DNA of 64,000 nt from Bacteroidota bacterium (GTDB lineage Bacteria; Bacteroidota; Ignavibacteria; Kapaibacteriales; DASPKH01): the NCBI GenBank assembly GCA_040386315.1, contig JAZKFS010000020.1, positions 4,620-68,619 of the forward strand. The letters are read 5' to 3'. The notes beneath the pieces were generated by a model that worked only from the letters and a program-made list of their open reading frames with translations, was not told where the DNA came from and made no database searches. A program made the translations under genes and the position numbers. Shown here one piece after another: positions 1 through 7,202 of this stretch (within the stretch, counting starts at the first letter, position 1; every line of letters starts with the position of its first letter).

Positions 1-1660
1 TGCCTGTATTATTACGGAAGGTAAAATGAACAGTTTTTTTCTTTTCACTTGCTACTGATAGAACTTTATCCGACGATTTATCACGATAAGCAATTCCTGC
101 AATATCCGAAGGATAGGTAAGTGTTGCTGGCTGTGACATCATAATATAATATCCGTTTCCCGCTCTCATTGAATCAAGCGCTTTTATGCCGAGCGCAGGC
201 CAATATACTTTTCCGTCATTATCCCGCGCCGCTACCAATGCTGTAGAAATTCCGCCAAGCGCACTTGCAATATCAATATTCGACCTGCGCAAATACGAAA
301 CAAGATTCCAACCCTTTTCAAGTGAAAGTCCTGTTGCTTCAGGAATTGATTTTAAACCGCGAATAGGCAATGCACTTCCTGCCAACATATATGCCTGATA
401 ACCATGCTGAAAATTCCATCCTCCAATTTCATTAATTCCAAGCGACGGCCAGTAAATATCACCCGCTCCATTTTTCATAAGTAAAAGCGATGGTTGGATT
501 GTCGCCGTAATTACATCAAGATTTGTTGTTTCGGGCAGGACATAGCTTGAAAAAGTATTCCATCCGGCATTTAAAGAAAGCGTTTGTGTCATATTTACGC
601 GAACGCCAAGCGAGCTGAGAACATACACATTATTTTTTGAGTAAAGCGCTGAGCCGCTTTGATATGTAGCAAGTGCATTGTAGCTTGTTCCGGTTTCCCC
701 ATCCCAAACCTTGTAAAGTAAAGTATCTCCCGGCGCAAATCCGTCTTTAATTGTGGTCTGGTCATTATCGCCCCAAACGGTCAGTGTGAGATTTTCACCT
801 TGCCACATGCCATAGCCACCGGAAATTGTATCTGCTCCGCTTACAAAGAAAACCCCGACAGCATCGCCTTTTGTAAGTAATCGCGTCCCAGTACTTGGCT
901 TGATAGCTTTAGGAATTGCAATAGTTGCGCTATTTCCTGTATTTGATGTGAAATTCCAAGTATCTGGTGGTGCAGCTGAAACTAAGCCATTTAATGTGAT
1001 AATGATTGAATCTGACAAGCAATTTACATTATATGTTCGTAAAACTAAATTAGCAGTATAGCTACCTGGATTTTGTGCAGTGAATTGAATTTTAATACTA
1101 TCTTGAGGGGAGGTAGTAAGAGGAAATTTATCTTTATTGATAATTACAAATGGTGAAGCTGTTGAAACAGAGGTTATAGTAACTGGAATTCCAGACTGAG
1201 AAAGTTGTATTGTAGTATCAATAATTTGCGTAGAGGTTTTAGATAGATTTATCTGGTTAGGTAAAATCTGTCCATTCTCGGGTCTATACAAAACTACAGA
1301 CTCACATTTGACTACTAAAGCAAATGTGTCACCATTGCCAGTAGTTAATTTGAAAGTATGTAAAAATAAACCTGATGTTTGAGGAGTACACCCCACTGCT
1401 GATGAGATAGCTCCACCAGCGACCAAAACAGTATCGTCTAAACGTGCTTTATTCATTTGGAAGATGCCACTACTTTCAGGCGCGAAGTTTCTTATTGAAA
1501 GCGCACTTATCCCGAAGTTTTCAAAAGTAACAGCTAATACTTTTGAATTTCCTACACAAATTTTACCAAAATCTAATGTATCAGGATTAAAGCCTACCTG
1601 AGCCAAGGCAATATCAAATGAAAAAATGAGGAAAGCAAATAAGAATAAAATTCGCTTCAT
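1..1660 (-). CDS. Secreted protein, N-terminal part only (gene runs off the left edge); signal peptide plus beta-sandwich (choice-of-anchor-D/ASH-like) region
   Basis: My own minus-strand translation from the ATG at 1660-1658 gives MKRILFLFAFLIFSFDIALAQVGFNPDTLDFGKICVGNSKVLAVTFENFG... The frame stays open to position 1. No competing ORF of 60 aa or more is listed between 400 and 1750. Composition is T/S/N/G-rich and K-poor, like the other surface proteins here. Confidence 0.6.
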   Translation of the reverse strand, partial: MKRILFLFAFLIFSFDIALAQVGFNPDTLDFGKICVGNSKVLAVTFENFGISALSIRNFAPESSGIFQMNKARLDDTVLVAGGAISSAVGCTPQTSGLFLHTFKLTTGNGDTFALVVKCESVVLYRPENGQILPNQINLSKTSTQIIDTTIQLSQSGIPVTITSVSTASPFVIINKDKFPLTTSPQDSIKIQFTAQNPGSYTANLVLRTYNVNCLSDSIIITLNGLVSAAPPDTWNFTSNTGNSATIAIPKAIKPSTGTRLLTKGDAVGVFFVSGADTISGGYGMWQGENLTLTVWGDNDQTTIKDGFAPGDTLLYKVWDGETGTSYNALATYQSGSALYSKNNVYVLSSLGVRVNMTQTLSLNAGWNTFSSYVLPETTNLDVITATIQPSLLLMKNGAGDIYWPSLGINEIGGWNFQHGYQAYMLAGSALPIRGLKSIPEATGLSLEKGWNLVSYLRRSNIDIASALGGISTALVAARDNDGKVYWPALGIKALDSMRAGNGYYIMMSQPATLTYPSDIAGIAYRDKSSDKVLSVASEKKKTVHFTFRNNTG

Positions 1661-1749
1661 TAGTAGCTCCGGGGTTGTTTTATTATCGTTTAGGTATTCC
1701 TGAAAATTAAGAAATAATTTTTCATTTAAATATCAATTCTTTTAAAAAC

Positions 1750-2565
1750 CTACTTCATCTTCAAAAGATACGTCGCCTCAAGCGCAAGGATTTCCTTCAC
1801 GCCGGGAATGCTTTTCAAAGGAGTGAGCGGAATGGCGGGCAGCCCGAACTTCATTTTAAAAACCGGGCGCAGCAGGTAATAATCTTCGCGCACAATATCG
1901 TAACCCGCCGAGCGCGCCGCTTTTAAAAACTTCCCCGCCGACAGGCGAATTCTTTTTAAACGATGCACTTCCTCCTTATCCACCTCATGCGCATCGCCCG
2001 AATCCACAATCGCGCTGAAAAACGGTTCCGGCAGCAGGTGCACATACGGCAGCTTGCCGAGCGCATTTTTTAAAATGTGCTGATGCCCGCCATAGGGCGA
2101 ATTATACGGCGGAAACGTCACGAGCAGGTGCCCGCCGGGTTTCAGCACCTTGCGGATATTGCGGATGGCCAGCTCCGCGTCGTCCAGGTGCTCTATCACA
2201 TCACGCAAAATCGCCAGGTCAAACGCATTCCGCCAGTGCCCCTTCGGCTCCGCACCTAAAATATCATGCTCGCTGAATTCAATGCCAAGCCCGAGCTTAT
2301 TGCTAATCTGCTGCCCGATGCCGATGCGGTACGTCGCAATATCCGTTCCCGCCGTCAGCCCCGCACCCGCCTCTTTAAAAGCCATCAGAACGCCGCCTTC
2401 CGCCGCGCCGATTTCCACCACCGCGTCCCCGCTTTTAAAGCCGCCATGCTGCCGCACATACGGCACCAGCACATCGCGCCCCAGCTGAAACTGATAGCCC
2501 CAGTAATATTTGTCATTTGACGTAATATCGGGCGCCGCGTTGATTGTTTGTAATATATCGGGCAT
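1750..2565 (-). CDS. Class I SAM-dependent methyltransferase
   Basis: 271-aa ORF. SAM-binding motif I VVEIGAAEGG, acidic loop TDI, post-I/II motifs ILRDVIEHL and LKPGGHLLVTFPP. Confidence 0.85.
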   Translation of the reverse strand: MPDILQTINAAPDITSNDKYYWGYQFQLGRDVLVPYVRQHGGFKSGDAVVEIGAAEGGVLMAFKEAGAGLTAGTDIATYRIGIGQQISNKLGLGIEFSEHDILGAEPKGHWRNAFDLAILRDVIEHLDDAELAIRNIRKVLKPGGHLLVTFPPYNSPYGGHQHILKNALGKLPYVHLLPEPFFSAIVDSGDAHEVDKEEVHRLKRIRLSAGKFLKAARSAGYDIVREDYYLLRPVFKMKFGLPAIPLTPLKSIPGVKEILALEATYLLKMK

Positions 2566-2610
2566 TGTTGTTTTTAAAATTCTATTTTTTAAATGCTTTT
2601 AAAAAGTATT

Positions 2611-2633
2611 GTCATTCCGGCTTGTCCGGAATC
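2611..2633. repeat. Short GC hairpin repeat of the GTCATTCC...GGAATC type
   Basis: gtcATTCCGGcttgtCCGGAATc: 7-bp stem, 5-nt loop. It has the same GTCATTCC/GGAATC ends as the hairpins at 2683-2706 and 2802-2825. Confidence 0.7.
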
Positions 2634-2680
2634 TTTCTTCAATCGTGAGCAATTCGCGTCAAATCAATTCTTTTTTACGT

Positions 2681-2825
2681 CTGTCATTCCCCTGAAAAGG
2701 GGAATCAACGACAGTTAGACGCGCCAAGTTATAATATTCGTTTTAAAACCGGCACTTTTAGAAGATGTATTGCACTATTTTCCAACTTCTTCTAGCGTTG
2801 ATTCCCCTTTTCAGGGGAATGACAG
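2681..2825. repeat. MITE-like 145-bp element bounded by perfect 30-bp terminal inverted repeats; each arm is itself a hairpin
   Basis: 2681-2710 ctgtcattcccctgaaaaggggaatcaacg is the exact reverse complement of 2796-2825 cgttgattccccttttcaggggaatgacag. The inner flank GAATCAACGCTAGAAG recurs at 45523-45538. No ORF lies inside. Confidence 0.7.
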
Positions 2826-2852
2826 TTTTATTATGAAGAAGTTTTAAAAGCC

Positions 2853-4022
2853 CTAACTCTTCGCTAAAATCTCTTTAAAAATTCCACCGATCTTTGAAAA
2901 ATCATTCGACTCCTTCGCCTCGCGCGCACCTTTTTTAAAAGCTTCAATATTGGAATTTTTAAAAAAGTCAATCAGCGCCTGCGCGAATTTTTCAACATCA
3001 TGCGGCGGAACAACAATCCCCGCACCCGTTTTTAAAACCTCTTCCGCCAGTCCACCAACATCTGTTGCCACAACCGGTTTTTCAAAACCGAAAGCGATTT
3101 TCACAATGCCGGACTGCGTTGCGGAAATATACGGCAGCGCAACGACGTCCGCCGCCGTGTAGTAGAGCGGAATATCCTCATTCGGCACGTACTCGTTTAT
3201 CATCGTGATGGAAGCTTCAGTGCCGCTCTGTTTAATGAGCGCGTGATATTCTTCCACATTTTCGTACGACTCACCAACGATGAGCAGATGTGCGTCTGGC
3301 ACCTTTTTTAAAACCGCCGGAAACGCCGCAATCAGGTCGCGCAAACCTTTGTACTTGCGAATATAACCGAAAAAAAGAATTACATTTTTGTTTTTTAAAA
3401 CGAGCTTTTCTTTCGCGCTTTCAGGCGTCCACGTTTGCGCGGCGTTTTCGCTTGTGTGAAAAAGCGGGAGCGTGGATTGCCAGATGGGTTTTCCGCCAAA
3501 CATACTTTTTAAAAAGTCGCGAACAGAATCGGACAGCGTGAGGAAAGCGTCGGCGTGGCGCAGCGCGATTTTCGTGAGGAAAGTATCAATGAAACGCGCT
3601 TCGTGGGAAATCACATTTTCCGTGATGAAAAGCACTTTTATTCCGGCCTTTTTTAAAATTCCCGCAATAATATTATACGCCATTCCGAAAAATGGCTGAT
3701 ACCAGTCAAAAGCAACAAGGTCAGGTTTTAAAAGCAGGATTTCGCGCGCAGTTTTGTACCACGTGAGGGGATTTATCGAGTCAATCGTGCGATGAACAGG
3801 ATGCGGTTTTGCCGGGACCTTGCTCACGTCTTCCTGCCGAACACCGGGGAAAAGCAATTGCGGATAAAGCCGCGTAAAGGAAAAAACCTCCACGTCGAAG
3901 TCTTTTACAAGCTGTTCGTAGAGGTTGCCGACGAAGAGTGCCGGGCCGCCGCGATACGGATACGCAGGGCCGACGATGACGATTTTCTTTTTAAAAGAAT
4001 CGTTTTTTAAAAGATCACTCAT
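2853..4022 (-). CDS. Glycosyltransferase family 4 (GT-B, retaining type)
   Basis: The ORF is listed as 2853..4052. The likely start is MSDLLK at 4022, which forms an ATGA overlap with the stop of the upstream GT9 gene. N-terminal GPAYPYRGG, C-terminal E-x7-E region FGFEKPVVATDVGGLAEEV. Confidence 0.85.
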   Translation of the reverse strand: MSDLLKNDSFKKKIVIVGPAYPYRGGPALFVGNLYEQLVKDFDVEVFSFTRLYPQLLFPGVRQEDVSKVPAKPHPVHRTIDSINPLTWYKTAREILLLKPDLVAFDWYQPFFGMAYNIIAGILKKAGIKVLFITENVISHEARFIDTFLTKIALRHADAFLTLSDSVRDFLKSMFGGKPIWQSTLPLFHTSENAAQTWTPESAKEKLVLKNKNVILFFGYIRKYKGLRDLIAAFPAVLKKVPDAHLLIVGESYENVEEYHALIKQSGTEASITMINEYVPNEDIPLYYTAADVVALPYISATQSGIVKIAFGFEKPVVATDVGGLAEEVLKTGAGIVVPPHDVEKFAQALIDFFKNSNIEAFKKGAREAKESNDFSKIGGIFKEILAKS

Positions 4023-5116
4023 CGCTCTACAGAAGCTGATACCGAGCGGCACACAGCGTCAAAAATCTGGTCTGTTCCGAGTGAATCCATGCACTGATAG
4101 CTTGGATTCGTACATTTCGGGCTGTAAAAGCAGTGACATGGGTTTTTCGGCTGGATGATCTCGCCGCGCCCGTACAATTCAAATTCGTAAGGATTAAAAA
4201 TATTATTGAATAGCACCAAGTGCTTTTTTAAAGCGATGGCGATGTGCATTGCCATTGTTACGCCCGAAACGATCACGTCGCACTCATTCATGAGTGAGAT
4301 GAATTGTGGCAGTGGGAATTGCCCTGCATAATAGGCGCCCGTTTCTTTTGAAAGATTTGTATTGAAATCGTGCTCATCCTTACCGCCGAGAAGTATTGGG
4401 CAAAAACCAGCCTTCTGGAGCTTTACGATAAGATCAGCCCAAGACTCGCGCGGCCAGAGACGGGAAATCCAGCGCTCACCGCAACCTGTATTTAAACCGA
4501 TAATTGGTCTTCCGCCGGAAGGAATGCGCCAGTCAATTTTTTCGACATCGCGAAGCAGATATTCTTCGCCTTTAAATTCCCAACCGCAAATCTCGAACGC
4601 TTCCTGAACGTATGATTTTTTATTATTCTGATTGATGTCATCGAAAATTCCAGTAACGAATTTATGTTCTGCACGCGCATCAACGGGCGATGGCTTTCCA
4701 TTTTTTAACGTAAAACCGATCTTTTCCGGCGCATCAAGCATTTTTAAAAGCGCGCATGCGGAAGCATCTTTATCAAGATTTATGATCGTATCAAATTCCG
4801 TTGCCCGCAGGACGAGAATTGACTCATCATTGAATTTTAAAGGACGGTGAACATTTTTTGGCAAAAACTCCGGCGTATGCGTTACCCACCAGATAGCGGC
4901 ATTCGGGTATTCCTGCTGGATTTTTAAAAGCAGCGGCGTTGTACGGATCACATCACCAATTGCCCCAAGTTTTATAATAAGAATAGATTTCTGCTGCGGC
5001 TTATAAAAACTACAACCGTCGCAATGCACACCATATTCCTTGTGCGGAGCGCATGGTATATCTCCGCGAAAATGCAGGCAGTTTTCATGAATCTTGATAT
5101 TATTTAATACCTGCAT
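4019..5116 (-). CDS. Glycosyltransferase family 9 (heptosyltransferase-like) with Cys-rich N- and C-terminal extensions
   Basis: GT9 signature ILIIKLGAIGDVIRTTPLL plus the GVTMAMHIAIAL region. It is flanked by CLHFRGDIPCAPHKEYGVHCDGC and CHCFYSPKCTNPSYQC. Confidence 0.8.
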   Translation of the reverse strand: MQVLNNIKIHENCLHFRGDIPCAPHKEYGVHCDGCSFYKPQQKSILIIKLGAIGDVIRTTPLLLKIQQEYPNAAIWWVTHTPEFLPKNVHRPLKFNDESILVLRATEFDTIINLDKDASACALLKMLDAPEKIGFTLKNGKPSPVDARAEHKFVTGIFDDINQNNKKSYVQEAFEICGWEFKGEEYLLRDVEKIDWRIPSGGRPIIGLNTGCGERWISRLWPRESWADLIVKLQKAGFCPILLGGKDEHDFNTNLSKETGAYYAGQFPLPQFISLMNECDVIVSGVTMAMHIAIALKKHLVLFNNIFNPYEFELYGRGEIIQPKNPCHCFYSPKCTNPSYQCMDSLGTDQIFDAVCRSVSASVER

Positions 5117-5119
5117 ATT

Positions 5120-5911
5120 TTAAAACCTGTATTGTAGTAAAAAGGAAACAAGCATATTGTGGATATACCCTTCGTGATCATCTGGATATGGTAGTGGAGC
5201 TTCGCTATTGTCAGGAGTAAAGAGTTCACCTCGCGCGTGATCGCGGCCGATTAGATTGACTATGCCATATCCGGCACTAAAATTAACATAAATCGGGTCG
5301 GAAATTTCACCATCTATACCAAGGCGTACAGCGCCGCCAAGACGGAAGGCGTCCGGTTTTTTCTCTCCATGTCCTATATCTAAAACTATATTATCGCCCA
5401 ATCGAACCCAGCGAAAATCAAACTGCTTGGCAATAATAAAGGCTCCTCTGGCTTCTATACCTGCATATATCCGCGCATCTCCGGGTGGATACTCTAAGAA
5501 CGCATATTCTGTACCAAGTACAAGTGTCGGCATATCTACAGGATATTTAATAAAGTATGTGGACGCGGCGAGTTGGATACGCTGTACACCACGCAGGAAA
5601 TAATAATCCAGGCCGGTGGTTATTCTCAGCTTTCTCTTAGTATCTATGCCGTACAGCATCCTTAACGATAACCCTACCTGCTGGCCGTCAAATCCCGCCC
5701 CGGGCACTTCGCCTTCCTGATGCGGCACGATATTTTCAAGTGCGGCATTCTCGTTCACGATCCACATAGTCGTCAGACCGCCGGTAAGCTGGAAATTCCG
5801 GTTGGTCTGCGCTTTTAAAGGTATAGACAAAAGCGCTATAAAAATAACGGCAAATGCGGTTTTATACAATCGTAATGCGATATGATCCATTATATTACTT
5901 TTTAAAAGCAC
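5120..5911 (-). CDS. Hypothetical outer-membrane beta-barrel protein
   Basis: Signal peptide ending ...LSIPLKAQ, alternating amphipathic beta-strand pattern, G/Y-rich, C-terminal LLQYRF (terminal aromatic typical of OMPs). Packed with no gaps between the GT2 and GT9 genes. Confidence 0.55.
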   Translation of the reverse strand: MLLKSNIMDHIALRLYKTAFAVIFIALLSIPLKAQTNRNFQLTGGLTTMWIVNENAALENIVPHQEGEVPGAGFDGQQVGLSLRMLYGIDTKRKLRITTGLDYYFLRGVQRIQLAASTYFIKYPVDMPTLVLGTEYAFLEYPPGDARIYAGIEARGAFIIAKQFDFRWVRLGDNIVLDIGHGEKKPDAFRLGGAVRLGIDGEISDPIYVNFSAGYGIVNLIGRDHARGELFTPDNSEAPLPYPDDHEGYIHNMLVSFLLQYRF

Positions 5912-5913
5912 AA

Positions 5914-7020
5914 TTAATACAGGCGTTCCTGGATGTTATATTTAAAATTCTGCATGGAATTTTTTACGATCAATTCCGCGATCAGGCCGATGGAAATAAG
6001 TTGTACTCCTACAATTATCAGGCCAATCCCAAAGATAGCTAACGGGCGATTGCTCAGATTCGTTTTTCCGAGCACCCACTCAATCGTCAGGTAAAGGTCA
6101 ATTAAAAACCCAATAAGCGCCAAAAGCGCTCCAACCGTCCCAAAAAGGTGAAGCGGACGCTTAGTGTATCGTGTGGTAAAAAGTACCGTCAGGAGGTCTA
6201 AAAATCCTTTTAAAAACCTGCTCGCGCCAAATTTAGAATGGCCGTGAATACGCGGATGATGCTGTACAGGGATTTCCGTTACTTTAAAACCATCCCAATG
6301 AGCAAGTGCGGGAAGGTAACGGTGCATCTCGCCATAAACCTGAAGTGATTTTACCACTTCACGGCGATAGCCTTTTAAACCACAGTTAAAATCATGCAGT
6401 TTTATACCGCTGGCTTTGGATGTTACCCAATTAAAAAATTTTGATGGGAGAGTTTTACTGATCGGATCATATCGTTTTTTCTTCCAACCCGATACCAGGT
6501 CATAACCGCTTTTTAAAGTTTCAAGCAGCGCAGGAATTTCAGCGGGATCATCCTGCAGGTCGGCATCCATTGTAATTACATATTTTCCGCGCGCATCTGC
6601 AAATCCAACCGCAAGCGCTGCGGATTTACCATAATTACGGCGAAACCTGATGGCTTTAAAACGTGGATTACGGCGGTTTAGATCACGAATTACCTGAAAT
6701 GAAGTATCGGTCGAACCATCATCAATGAATAACACTTCCCACGCATTTTGCGCAACTACCTGAAGCTGCGTTTCAAGGCGCGCGGCAAGCTCCGGCAGTG
6801 AGCCCTCTTCGTTTAAAAGTGGAATTACTACTGAAATATAGATTGGCTCCGGCCTGTCATTGCGTTGTTGCTGCTCGCGAGGCTTTTTAAAAGGCTTATC
6901 GGGGTAGCGGCGCTCACGCGGTGCTCCGCCTGTCTGGTTTTCCTTAGCGGCAGGAGGTGTAAACGCCTGTGCTTTTCTTTTTTCCTGTGATCTATGTGGC
7001 TCTGTTTGATCGTGTGGCAA
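5914..7020 (-). CDS. GT2 polyprenyl-phosphate glycosyltransferase (ArnC/GtrB/DPM1-like) with a basic N-terminal extension of about 70 aa
   Basis: ISVVIPLLNEE...FIDDGSTD...ITMDADLQDDP catalytic motifs and two C-terminal TM helices. The N-terminus is K/R/Q/P-rich, with no internal start codon before the GT2 core. Confidence 0.85.
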   Translation of the reverse strand: MPHDQTEPHRSQEKRKAQAFTPPAAKENQTGGAPRERRYPDKPFKKPREQQQRNDRPEPIYISVVIPLLNEEGSLPELAARLETQLQVVAQNAWEVLFIDDGSTDTSFQVIRDLNRRNPRFKAIRFRRNYGKSAALAVGFADARGKYVITMDADLQDDPAEIPALLETLKSGYDLVSGWKKKRYDPISKTLPSKFFNWVTSKASGIKLHDFNCGLKGYRREVVKSLQVYGEMHRYLPALAHWDGFKVTEIPVQHHPRIHGHSKFGASRFLKGFLDLLTVLFTTRYTKRPLHLFGTVGALLALIGFLIDLYLTIEWVLGKTNLSNRPLAIFGIGLIIVGVQLISIGLIAELIVKNSMQNFKYNIQERLY

Positions 7021-7202
7021 ACTAAGCTTCTCCTTTTTAAAAACAATTTTTGTGCTTCGTAGCGCTGGCAGAAATTACTATTTAACGAAACTTTTCAAGC
7101 AATAATACTACAAATGTAATTTCAATTTACTACAAAATACAGATTTTATAGGTTTAAACAAAAAAAGGTGGCCATTTCGACTACCTTTTTAAAAGATTTT
7201 CT

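Noticed and set aside
2077-2520. Three overlapping plus-strand ORFs (60-112 aa) inside the methyltransferase gene.
   Set aside because: They are antisense shadow ORFs of a well-supported minus-strand CDS. Their products are R/P/S-rich and low-complexity, with no motifs.
4023-4052. N-terminal ORF extensions produced by the ORF caller. Other examples: 10477-10521, 24609-24674, 37112-37144, 41079-41111, 59079-59120, 61694-61762 and 62736-62798.
   Set aside because: Several begin at TTG or GTG, precede an obvious signal peptide or overlap the upstream gene or the tRNA flank. Downstream ATG starts fit better.
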